Virus record (IMG/VR): IMGVR_UViG_3300037483_000453
Location: 1-64,000 of that record
From: a virus
DNA: 64,000 nucleotides
Direction: 5' to 3' (one strand)
Shown piece after piece: positions 44,465 to 53,245 of this stretch. A model generated the notes under the pieces. That model saw only the letters and a program-made list of their open reading frames with translations. It was not told where the DNA came from and searched no databases. How positions within the stretch are numbered: position 1 is the first letter of the stretch; every line of letters begins with the position of its first letter. Made by a program: the position numbers and the translations under genes.

Positions 44465-45834
44465 ATGCCGGCCATCCGCTGATTCACGGTGCGTAGAGCA
44501 GCAGCCTCTGTTGTGCCCTTCTTACGTGTGACTGCGTGCGCTGCCGGGTTGTCATCTGATGATGCGTCGTGCTCCTTGGCCCTGTCAATCTCTTTGGATG
44601 TCAAGAGGCTATGAAATGTGAAATCGGTGGATGGAACCCCGTTGATACGAATGCCATTGAGTTGCCATTCACGTGAACCACCAACTACCAGCTGGATGGT
44701 TGGGGTACCCTTTTCATTGATGACACGGATCATGGCTGTGCAGTCCATCCCAGGACCATCGCTGAAGGCCACTTCATCCAGGTTGGCCTCATCATTTTTG
44801 GCTGCTGACCTGTTAGCCTGCAGCGTGACGATACCCGGGGTCTGTGTGTCCAAGATCATTTGGCGAACATCCCTTGAGATGTTACGTACACGCTCGTGGT
44901 CCTTCTTTGCACCGTTCACGTCGCTCATCAGGTACATGCCATCGATGGCGAATAGGTCTGGTTGATACTTCTCAATCTTGGCACGTAACCAGGGAACAGT
45001 GTCCCCGCCCTTGGGTGCATCGCGACCAGATAGGCATATGATCTGGTCATTCGCCTGCATGGCATGGATGTACCTGCCCACCGACTCAAACGCGAACTCT
45101 TCTTCAGGAGTCAGGTGCCCTGCTCGGAACATCTGGTAGTTGATCTCAGCAATACAAGAGATGACGCGTTGGAAGATGTTGTCTTGTGACATCTCCTTGG
45201 TGTAGATGAGGACGCGTCGCCCATTGTTGAAAAGGAAGGCTACGAAATACGCGAGGATCCATGACTTCATGCTCTTCGGCCTGCCATAGAAGCATATGAA
45301 GTCATCTACCTGTAGACCCTGAGTTGCCTCCTGCAGGGCCTGCCAAGGCCAGATACCCCATGAGACCTCCAAGCCCGCTTTCCGCAAGTGGTAGGTGGAC
45401 CGGATGTCGTTGAAGGCAGCTCCAAGCATCCGGTCGTTGTTTTTCCCAAACCCAATCCCGTTGAGCTCAGTGGTAACCATGTTTAGATGGTTGAGCCCAG
45501 CAATGGGGTCTATAGCCATCAGCTGGTGTGCTGCGGCCATCTTGTTTTGCCCCTCTATGCTCAGTCGTTGTTTGCGTACCTCCATGCACAAAGCCGACAA
45601 TGTCATGGACGGGTCATCACAGCGTAGGAAGTTGGGGTAGAACTGAGCCATAGCTTGTGGGCCAATGACTGACCCCGATGACTCAACTTGTGTGTAGTAG
45701 CCAACCATGTGATTGAACATGGCTCGCCCCTCGTTGGTGAGGAAGTCTTCGGCTGTGATCCCCCAATCAATAGTCTGGCTTAACTCTCCCGTGTGGATGA
45801 CTCGGGAGACAAGCTGCATCTCTCTGTTTGCCAT
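44461..45834 (-). CDS. dnaB: DnaB-like replicative helicase
   Basis: Walker A variant YGRPKSMKS, TKEMS, Walker B FAIDGMY, QANR; adjacent to primase. Confidence 0.85.
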   Translation of the reverse strand: MANREMQLVSRVIHTGELSQTIDWGITAEDFLTNEGRAMFNHMVGYYTQVESSGSVIGPQAMAQFYPNFLRCDDPSMTLSALCMEVRKQRLSIEGQNKMAAAHQLMAIDPIAGLNHLNMVTTELNGIGFGKNNDRMLGAAFNDIRSTYHLRKAGLEVSWGIWPWQALQEATQGLQVDDFICFYGRPKSMKSWILAYFVAFLFNNGRRVLIYTKEMSQDNIFQRVISCIAEINYQMFRAGHLTPEEEFAFESVGRYIHAMQANDQIICLSGRDAPKGGDTVPWLRAKIEKYQPDLFAIDGMYLMSDVNGAKKDHERVRNISRDVRQMILDTQTPGIVTLQANRSAAKNDEANLDEVAFSDGPGMDCTAMIRVINEKGTPTIQLVVGGSREWQLNGIRINGVPSTDFTFHSLLTSKEIDRAKEHDASSDDNPAAHAVTRKKGTTEAAALRTVNQRMAGM

Positions 45835-45958
45835 AGGCTCCTCTCAGGACACGACGTTGCTGCTCTGGCCTTATCACTGCAGGTCAGCCTCTCGAGCAGC
45901 TACGTGGTTGACGATGTTGCAGGTGAGCCCGCGGAACGTCAACGACAATCAAGACACC

Positions 45959-46003
45959 CACTAGGGGAAGGGTATGCTGGGTTTAGCTACCCTTCCCCTA
46001 GTG
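45959..46003. repeat. 16-bp perfect inverted repeat
   Basis: CACTAGGGGAAGGGTA (45959-45974) / TACCCTTCCCCTAGTG (45988-46003), directly after the stop of 46004-46327. Confidence 0.9.
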
Positions 46004-46327
46004 TCAGACGGATGGAGCATCCTTGCCATTAAGGTGTTCACCAAGCCCGGCAGGGCCTGCTGGGGTCCCCGATGGCGTAGCAGAAGGGCTGTGCACTGAG
46101 GTGAAGTGCAGGTTTCCCAAATCCCTCTCCATCGAGGTTACCAGACCAGACATAAGCTGCTTGGTCTCCTCAGACCAAATGGTTCCGGTACCCTCGGTCC
46201 AGCCGTGCGTGGTGCCTTTGCGTGTGTTTACAAATGCGGCGCGAGCTGTAAGGGATTTCTTCAGTAGGTCTGCCTCAATGGTGGTGATGGCGATCCCGTC
46301 GAATAGGATGGATCCAGTTGCGGCCAT
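46004..46327 (-). CDS. Hypothetical protein
   Basis: CAGGAG SD before ATG 46327. Confidence 0.65.
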   Translation of the reverse strand: MAATGSILFDGIAITTIEADLLKKSLTARAAFVNTRKGTTHGWTEGTGTIWSEETKQLMSGLVTSMERDLGNLHFTSVHSPSATPSGTPAGPAGLGEHLNGKDAPSV

Positions 46328-46328
46328 T

Positions 46329-46601
46329 TCACTCTCCTGTCGGGAGTAACGGCATGTTTTTGTCAAAGCGGCTGGCCAGCTCGTTAACGAAGCTAGTAGC
46401 CACTCTGGATGCGTGCTCCCCTGCTGCCCGCAGGTATGCCTCAGTTTGTGGGCACTCGAGTGTAACTGAGAAGCTGAGGCTTACGTGGTCTCCCCAGTGG
46501 GTGACACGAGCTTCGACGGTGGACTTGGGTCCTCCCTGCGCTGTGATACCCATGTTCCATACTGGGTCGTCAGGCAGAGTTCCACCTTGTTGCTGCTCCA
46601 T
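46329..46601 (-). CDS. Hypothetical protein
   Basis: GAGGAGG SD before ATG 46601. Confidence 0.65.
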   Translation of the reverse strand: MEQQQGGTLPDDPVWNMGITAQGGPKSTVEARVTHWGDHVSLSFSVTLECPQTEAYLRAAGEHASRVATSFVNELASRFDKNMPLLPTGE

Positions 46602-46633
46602 GATACCTCCTCGTTTAACTTCCATCTTGTAGT

Positions 46634-47056
46634 TCATGACAGCGGTGTGGGGGCATGATACCGCGGGGACTCTTTGACCACGCCGTCCACAACCGCCTTG
46701 GGGATGTCCCCTCGGGCTGCAGCAGCTTGAACCGTGGCTTTATCCACACTGTATGTGGTCTTGCTGCCCGTCTTCCCTCCCACTTGTAGGAACAGGTCCA
46801 TGCCAAGTGCATTGAACAGGGCTTCGGCATCGATTTTGGTTTGGGTTTGGTAGAGGTCCCAGTCAGCACACGAGATGCCTTGAGCTCGTACTACCTTGTC
46901 GGCTGCCTCCATCTTCTGATTTAGGTCTGCCACCAGTTGCTCGTATGAAGAGAAGACTTGTGCGTGGTTTTTTCGGAAGGCTTCCAACATCTCTTTGGAC
47001 TCCACGTAAGCCGCCACTTCAGGGATATCGTTTGGGTCCATGGGGTTTTTAGGCAT
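46634..47056 (-). CDS. Hypothetical protein (coiled-coil N-terminus; weak Gam/gp157-like C-terminus)
   Basis: TYSVDKATVQAAAARGDIP; weak resemblance only. Confidence 0.55.
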   Translation of the reverse strand: MPKNPMDPNDIPEVAAYVESKEMLEAFRKNHAQVFSSYEQLVADLNQKMEAADKVVRAQGISCADWDLYQTQTKIDAEALFNALGMDLFLQVGGKTGSKTTYSVDKATVQAAAARGDIPKAVVDGVVKESPRYHAPTPLS

Positions 47057-47891
47057 TGTTCATCTCCGCAAGATCGTTGATCGTGACTTCTCGTTCTCCG
47101 CTTACTACATCAAACGACTTGTTTAGGTAGTCATCATAGATCCTAGCTGCCAGCTTCATGTCCTGCAGGAATACATCCAACGGGTTCTTGTAGCTTTGGT
47201 CTGCCTGCCTCTGCAGCACATAGGCAGGATGCAGCGTGGGCAGCATGAGGTAGCGTACGCGACGTTGTGTTGTGGGCATGATGTCCTGCCCACGGACCCG
47301 TCTGAGCCACATCTTTTTCTTGTCTGTCAGCGATGGTGTACGCCACGCACCCGGAATGTTAATCTCTCTTGTTTTGCCCCGCTCGCTTGTGATACTAAAT
47401 GACCTTTCGGAGATGATGGCTTTGGCTGCATCAGGGCCTAGTGTCACGATAAGCACAGGGTCTACGAGGTAGATCTCTTCATATAGCCGGGGTAGGCAGG
47501 CTGCTATCTGCAGGGGTTGTGGCGCATCATCTTTGATGAACGGTACGCGTGTCTTCGTTGCACGGTCATATCGCATAACGGGTTGACCTTCACCGTTATA
47601 CGCTTGGCTACAGGAGCGGCAAGCCACCACGTTGGTGATGTAGCAGCAACCATTTAGGTTCAGCTTCTCAATGACCTGCCGTAGGATAATCCCCGACTTG
47701 CCAATGAATGGTCGACCCTCAACTTCATCGTGTTCTCCGGGCCCTCCTCCGATGAACATAATGCCGCGAGGAGCCCCCTCCCCAAATATGAAGGATCCAC
47801 CGACGCTCTTTCGGCGGACCCCTAGCTCACAGTTGGTACACTCATTCCAGGTATCCCTGACCGCTTGTAGAGTGTTTCTGAAGTCAGCCAA
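47049..47891 (-). CDS. udg: Uracil-DNA glycosylase, family 4
   Basis: CTNCELG, FIGGGPGEHDEVEGRPFIGKSG, YITNVVACR, CLPRLYEEI, TLHPAYVL. Confidence 0.92.
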   Translation of the reverse strand: MADFRNTLQAVRDTWNECTNCELGVRRKSVGGSFIFGEGAPRGIMFIGGGPGEHDEVEGRPFIGKSGIILRQVIEKLNLNGCCYITNVVACRSCSQAYNGEGQPVMRYDRATKTRVPFIKDDAPQPLQIAACLPRLYEEIYLVDPVLIVTLGPDAAKAIISERSFSITSERGKTREINIPGAWRTPSLTDKKKMWLRRVRGQDIMPTTQRRVRYLMLPTLHPAYVLQRQADQSYKNPLDVFLQDMKLAARIYDDYLNKSFDVVSGEREVTINDLAEMNNA

Positions 47892-48270
47892 ACTTTCCTC
47901 CCTTTGGTAGTAGGATGTTTGCCTCTGCAGCTCGAGCCTCCCTGCACATCATGGCAGCAGTGTCTGCTAGCCTCTTATAACGTGCCTGGTCCTCCTTTTT
48001 CATCTCCTCTCCACGCACTAGTAGATCAGCCTTCATGACCAGTGGGGAGCCGCTGAAGCTGACGAGGATTGGCTCAGCACTGATGTTCTTGCTTATGATG
48101 GGTGCGCCGTTGCTGTCACGCCCAACAGGGATGAGTTGAGATGTGACCTCGTAGCAGGGCTCCATGTGGATGTGATCTTGGCAACTATTGCCCGCTCGTC
48201 TGATGCCCAGAAAGTACTTGCCAGAGCATAGTGCTACTGACCAAAGATCCTCTGTAGGTTGCTCTGCCAT
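47884..48270 (-). CDS. Hypothetical protein
   Basis: GGAG SD; ORF tiling. Confidence 0.65.
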   Translation of the reverse strand: MAEQPTEDLWSVALCSGKYFLGIRRAGNSCQDHIHMEPCYEVTSQLIPVGRDSNGAPIISKNISAEPILVSFSGSPLVMKADLLVRGEEMKKEDQARYKRLADTAAMMCREARAAEANILLPKGGKFG

Positions 48271-50183
48271 GTCCCGCTCCTGTGTAACGTATTGGGGTGT
48301 CCGATTTGTTCAAAGTCGTAGGGCCCACCCTCACTGTGGTCCCATTCTCTCAAGTGCTTTTTTAGCTTCCGGCACATCCCAATGACGTGTCCGATGTTGT
48401 CTTCATAGAAGACAGTGACGGGGGACTTCTTACCGACGAAGTCGCGGGTGTTACGGCCGTTTAGCTGTTGCAACCCATTACGGCTCGAGAAGACGCTGGA
48501 TACCAAGATGGTATCCAGCGCTTCAGAGTTCAGGCCCTCTTTGCCATACTTCGTAATAGCAAAAGTGATAGGTGTGGTGTCAAATAAACGCTTGCGCTCT
48601 TTAGCAGGCACCTTGAAGACCATCATTCCGCAGTTGGTGAGCGACTGGTACAGCTTTTTCACGTATGCTTTTTGGCGCTTATCTAGTTCGGCCACGAGCT
48701 TTTTGTGTACTGCGTACTGTCCCAAAGTTTGCTCAGTACCACAGAGCGCGCTGGCTGTCCCAGCGTCGTCATCCGGCATGTAGTGTAGTTCTTGCACGAG
48801 GGTAGAAAGCACAAACTGGTGTAGCTTTTCTGACCGGAGTTCCACGTCCTTCGTCAGTTTGCGTACTGCTGTGGGCCTGGTATCCGTGTTCATATTGAGT
48901 TTACGGGTAGCCACGGCAAGTGCGTCATATGCCGTGGCGTAGCCGGTACTACATGAAGCTAGTTCACGTACCTTTTTTCTGAGAGCTATAGACTGCCTGA
49001 TATGGACCCTGAGCTCACTCACCGTGATGTCGGCGGGTAGGAGGGTTTCCCCGACGTCCATTGGAGCGGGCTGTGGGATATCTGTGTAAAGTGGAACCTT
49101 GGGCTGAAGTCCTATGTCCCCCGATGACCACATTGCAGCCATGTTGGCAATCTCTGCCTCAGAACTAGAGAGTACTAGCACTTTACGACCACACTGAACG
49201 GCATAGGCTGCATCATTCAGTATGTCAGCCCTACGCTCGGCCCACCGTGCGTTGTAGGAAGAGACTTTGGAGCCGTGTATTTCACCATTTTTATCACGGA
49301 CGTCGGCGTCAGGCCGTGACTCATCAATCTCTAGCCCGGTCCATTTGAAAAAGATCCTAGGCTTCTGCACAGGCGTCAGATCTTTATAGACGACAGGACC
49401 TATGTGGTACTGGTTGATAATGTGATGCCCGTCGTCTCGTTCCGGAGTGGCTGTTAGGGAGACACGTTTGCCATAGAAGGCTTCGGCACTAGCTGCAAAG
49501 GTGGGCGCAGGCACATGATGCCCCTCATCCCAGATGATGAGACCAAACCATCGACGAACAGCCTCAGGCAGATCTTGGGCTCTGGCACCAATCGTGTGAT
49601 ACGTGGTTAGAACAACTGATTTCTGCCAGTCATTCTTGGCCCCTTGGATGAGGCCAACGCCACCTGGAACATCTAGCAGCGTGTCGATGTCTACGGACCA
49701 TTGCTCCAGCAGTGACGTGTCAGGTAGTGCAATCAGGGTGGGCACCTGTAACCGGGTGACAAGCTCCAGTGCAACTACAGTTTTTCCGAGCCCACATGCC
49801 AGCTGCAGCGTACCCCCAGGCTCTGACAACAGTGCTTGCAGTGAGCGTTGCTGCACGTCGTTACCGTCTGGCGTGAGGACACCATTACGCATACGATGAT
49901 CCAGCTTGATAGAGCTGGTTATACCCGTTTTCTCATACTGCTGTGGCCGCAGGTCAACCACACGGTACGGAATGTCAGTGGTACGCCAAAAGTGTCGGGG
50001 TACAAGGATGTGGTGATCAGTTTCCTTCCAGAGGTAGACCAGTCGGGTCTTCTTCTCATTGTAGTTGTCAGGGAACTCGAACGAGAGAGCGTTGCGCACA
50101 CTCTCTACGTTCGTGAACACCTTAGGGACCCAGAGCCAGTTCGAGACATAGGCAGTGTTTGGGTCTCTTTGTACTAGCCTCAT
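48234..50183 (-). CDS. SF2 DEAH-type helicase (UvsW/XPB-like) with about 165-aa insert
   Basis: LACGLGKT, IIWDEGHH, LTATPERDDG, KVLVLS, YGKEGLN, QQLNGRNTR. Confidence 0.88.
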   Translation of the reverse strand: MRLVQRDPNTAYVSNWLWVPKVFTNVESVRNALSFEFPDNYNEKKTRLVYLWKETDHHILVPRHFWRTTDIPYRVVDLRPQQYEKTGITSSIKLDHRMRNGVLTPDGNDVQQRSLQALLSEPGGTLQLACGLGKTVVALELVTRLQVPTLIALPDTSLLEQWSVDIDTLLDVPGGVGLIQGAKNDWQKSVVLTTYHTIGARAQDLPEAVRRWFGLIIWDEGHHVPAPTFAASAEAFYGKRVSLTATPERDDGHHIINQYHIGPVVYKDLTPVQKPRIFFKWTGLEIDESRPDADVRDKNGEIHGSKVSSYNARWAERRADILNDAAYAVQCGRKVLVLSSSEAEIANMAAMWSSGDIGLQPKVPLYTDIPQPAPMDVGETLLPADITVSELRVHIRQSIALRKKVRELASCSTGYATAYDALAVATRKLNMNTDTRPTAVRKLTKDVELRSEKLHQFVLSTLVQELHYMPDDDAGTASALCGTEQTLGQYAVHKKLVAELDKRQKAYVKKLYQSLTNCGMMVFKVPAKERKRLFDTTPITFAITKYGKEGLNSEALDTILVSSVFSSRNGLQQLNGRNTRDFVGKKSPVTVFYEDNIGHVIGMCRKLKKHLREWDHSEGGPYDFEQIGHPNTLHRSGTWQSNLQRIFGQ

Positions 50184-50803
50184 GGCTGTGGCGGCTTGTG
50201 GGGTTTCAACGGGACATGGTCGAAGAAGGATGAAACTGAATGGCCAATAGCCTTGGCGGCAGATCTAATCAATGTTCTTCCCAGCGCCTTTGCAGTCCCT
50301 TCCTCATGATCGATGGGTTCTGGCATCGTCAGATACGACGGCATCTGGGCGCCCGGTTGCTGCACCTGCATTGGCACGTTGGTTGGACCATACTGTGCTA
50401 CATATGTGGGTGCGGTCGCACCATGGAACTGCTGAGGTAGCTGCTGTCCATAATGCTGTGGTTGCCCATAATGCTGCATTGTTGGGGCTTGCTGCAGCGG
50501 TGGCTTTTCGGATAGGTAAGGGTGAGGAGCCACTGGCCGCGGAGGCGGTTGTATCGCCGGCTGAAAAACAGTTGGGTTTGGTCTAGGCCTATACAGGTTC
50601 TGTGGAGGTATCACCTGTGCAGGCTTGAATCTGCTTTGTGAGCTTACTGATGCACAGCTTTGGTACCACCGGCATTTTTCCCTGTTCCGAGTCTTTGTTA
50701 CAGGGTGTACGTATCCTGGATCTGTTCCTCCCACACACTGCGGATCAGTGGCAGACCAGAGATGTGAACCAAAGCACTCTGGTTGTTGCGTCTGTGCATT
50801 CAT
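50180..50803 (-). CDS. Cys-rich N-terminus plus P/Q/Y-rich low-complexity protein
   Basis: CFG...C...C...C then QHYGQPQHYGQQLPQQ tract; AAAGGA SD. Confidence 0.7.
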   Translation of the reverse strand: MNAQTQQPECFGSHLWSATDPQCVGGTDPGYVHPVTKTRNREKCRWYQSCASVSSQSRFKPAQVIPPQNLYRPRPNPTVFQPAIQPPPRPVAPHPYLSEKPPLQQAPTMQHYGQPQHYGQQLPQQFHGATAPTYVAQYGPTNVPMQVQQPGAQMPSYLTMPEPIDHEEGTAKALGRTLIRSAAKAIGHSVSSFFDHVPLKPHKPPQP

Positions 50804-50862
50804 ATTGTCCTTTTCGTGGCGTCATCTTTTCCCAGTTCCTTATCACGTTCCCCAACCAGTCC

Positions 50863-50891
50863 TTGCAGTTGTATACTGGTGTGGGTACGAT
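50863..50891 (+). promoter_or_regulatory. Sigma70-like promoter of the head module
   Basis: TTGCAG (50863-68), 17 nt, TACGAT (50886-91), in the divergent intergenic gap. Confidence 0.45.
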
Positions 50892-50902
50892 TCCCCGGAG
50901 GC

Positions 50903-51523
50903 ATGATGGAGAAGCTGAGTGGGCTAGTTTTAGATGTCTATGATGACACCGATGGGTCCATTCTTCAGGAAATCTTCCCTGGACCCGTGGACTTGTCCGA
51001 GCTTGAGAAGAGTGCACACGCATTAACAGTAGAGGAGCACAGTGCCCTTCCTGATGATGCCTATGCGCTTGTGCTGGTCAATGGTGACCAGGTGATGAAA
51101 AAGTTTGCTACTGTTGATGCAGGTAACACAGCCTTGTCTGTGATGTACTTCTTGAAGACCGCACACAAGTTACCAGAGGAAGCTCAAAAGGTAGCTGCAC
51201 AAAACTTGACGGCTGCCTGTGGTTGGTATGGCCTTGTTGCCCCGGACCTTCTGAAGGTGTCCCTCGACCTCCATAAACAGAAAACGAATCTGGACAAGGC
51301 ACCAGACCGTCCTCAGAAGTTTCCTACCCATGGGGACTGTTGCGAAAAAGCCGGTTTGGATAAGGTGGCTCTTGGTCTCATGGGTGCTGCGATGGGTGCC
51401 TTGACCATCCCGCAGTATGCCCGGGAGGCCAAGGGTAGCCTTGCGGCTACTAAGGGGGCACGGGGAGCTGTACTGACCCCTGCACAGGTTAAGCAGCGCA
51501 AAGCGCAGATGGGGATGTTCTAA
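50903..51523 (+). CDS. Head-module protein with DUF6582-like domain
   Basis: GGAGG SD before ATG 50903; ALPDDAYALV..KKFATVD..LSVMYF..AAQNL..YGL. Confidence 0.6.
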   Translation: MMEKLSGLVLDVYDDTDGSILQEIFPGPVDLSELEKSAHALTVEEHSALPDDAYALVLVNGDQVMKKFATVDAGNTALSVMYFLKTAHKLPEEAQKVAAQNLTAACGWYGLVAPDLLKVSLDLHKQKTNLDKAPDRPQKFPTHGDCCEKAGLDKVALGLMGAAMGALTIPQYAREAKGSLAATKGARGAVLTPAQVKQRKAQMGMF

Positions 51524-52473
51524 TGAGTGACAGCGTCTACACGCGGCAGCAATACTGGGGCAAGTACGAGAACAAGGAAGCTGAGGCGGGTGATATCCTA
51601 CCTAGCTCAACGTTGCCCAAGGGCCCAGACAAAGGGTCCAAGACCACGATCCCTAAGACCGGTGCGGCTATGGATAAGCTCGCTGAGGCATTTGGGGCTG
51701 GGAGCTTGGTAGATGAGGATGGGGTCACTGGGGAGCAGCCAGCCAAGAACCCGCAAGCCCAGCCTGTGAGTCCCCGGGTGGACATCAGCCAACAGGAACC
51801 GCCCAAGCTTATCAAGGAGAAGCAAGCGCAGTACCTGGCTATGCCCAGCATTGGTCGCTACCCATTGGATGGGTACGACCAGGTAAAGTGTGCTTCTGCC
51901 TACTTCGATGAATACCGTGGCTCCTTTACTCCTGAGCACCGGCGCGAGTTTTGTGTGAACCTGACAAAGCGTGCATCGATGCTGGGCATTGATGTGTCAG
52001 AGGAAGTACGGAAATATGGATCAGATGGCTACGCTCCGGAGTCGGAGCTTGAGATTGCCTTTGGAACTCGCAGGTTGCTCCTCGCTGACGATCATTTGGC
52101 TGTGCTGGGCAAGCTGGCGGATGTTCGTACATCGATGGATCCTGAAGATTTCGCTGTGACGTTGGGCGAGTTCGACAAGATGGCCGGGCTGGACGAGCAC
52201 TATGGTTCAGCTTTGATGGACCCCTACCTTTCCACCTTCGGTAAGGAGGCCGAGGAGGACGAGAATATGTCGTACGTCACCGGCAATGATCTTGTCACAG
52301 GCAAGCAGTTGACGCAGCTTGCTGGGTCTCAGTCTAAGGAGATCCAAGACTACTTCGGTGCAGACTTCGCGGACGACTTCAGAAAGGACCCCGCAGCTTT
52401 GTTCAAATCGCTACCGGCTGATCAGAAGATGGTCATCAGCCGTCTAGCCAACGAACCGTCCCAAATCCACTGA
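51523..52473 (+). CDS. Head-module protein with DUF6582-like domain (possible scaffold/internal protein)
   Basis: RYPLDGYDQVKCASAYF..RREFCVNLTKRASMLGI; acidic. Confidence 0.6.
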   Translation: MSDSVYTRQQYWGKYENKEAEAGDILPSSTLPKGPDKGSKTTIPKTGAAMDKLAEAFGAGSLVDEDGVTGEQPAKNPQAQPVSPRVDISQQEPPKLIKEKQAQYLAMPSIGRYPLDGYDQVKCASAYFDEYRGSFTPEHRREFCVNLTKRASMLGIDVSEEVRKYGSDGYAPESELEIAFGTRRLLLADDHLAVLGKLADVRTSMDPEDFAVTLGEFDKMAGLDEHYGSALMDPYLSTFGKEAEEDENMSYVTGNDLVTGKQLTQLAGSQSKEIQDYFGADFADDFRKDPAALFKSLPADQKMVISRLANEPSQIH

Positions 52474-52480
52474 GGTAGCC

Positions 52481-53245
52481 ATGGCTGACGTGGACCTCGA
52501 GTCAAACTTCAAGAGGGTCCTCGAGAAGATTAGGAAGGATGAGGCCCACCTCTCCGACGTTACTGATTCAGATGCTCCGGTGAGTGGGGGGCGTGGGGTA
52601 AAGACGGCCAAGGTCACTTCCATCAACCTGTTCCAACAGCCTGAGGCACACCCAGTGGTGCTGGACCTAGCGTTGCTCAGAAAGTATGGGGCTGACTGGA
52701 TGCAATGGGAGCCCGAGACACTGGTGTGGCGTATTCCCCAGGACTTCCACACGACAGATGTTAGCGACCTGAACCTAGACAAGATTCAGGCCATGAAGAC
52801 GCTCCACTACAATGATAACTTCTGGACACAGTGGGAAGTGTTCAACTGGTGTTTGCAACCCCTCAACAACATGTTCCCCAACTTTCAGATCATGCAGGTT
52901 CCATCTACTGCCCAGATTTTGGTGGCATTGAGTACCGCAGCTAAGGTACGTGCTGATGTTGTGTGGTCTGGTGAGGTTAGGGCGTTCATGGAAGCTGCCT
53001 GCAGGTTTGACGGTATCTTTTGTCCGCCTGCTCCGTTAGACTTCATCGATATAAGCCCTGACCATGACCTTATCGATTGTGCCTCTGTGCGCGAGAAGTG
53101 GGCTAGGGTACGCCGAGTAGGGAAAGCTCCTACAAAGGATACTATCGTGGATGAGCAGCTACGGCGCATGCTGGACGCCTACAACTTCTTGTTGGCTGAT
53201 AGGGACCGCCTGCAGAGCCAGCTGTCCCTGGTGCTCAATGGATAA
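52481..53245 (+). CDS. Conserved-looking hypothetical head-module protein
   Basis: GAGG SD; globular composition. Confidence 0.7.
   Translation: MADVDLESNFKRVLEKIRKDEAHLSDVTDSDAPVSGGRGVKTAKVTSINLFQQPEAHPVVLDLALLRKYGADWMQWEPETLVWRIPQDFHTTDVSDLNLDKIQAMKTLHYNDNFWTQWEVFNWCLQPLNNMFPNFQIMQVPSTAQILVALSTAAKVRADVVWSGEVRAFMEAACRFDGIFCPPAPLDFIDISPDHDLIDCASVREKWARVRRVGKAPTKDTIVDEQLRRMLDAYNFLLADRDRLQSQLSLVLNG

Noticed and set aside
48633-49127. Fifth intein in the SF2 helicase
   Set aside because: No Cys/Ser N-terminal block, no HN/GN end, no endonuclease motifs.
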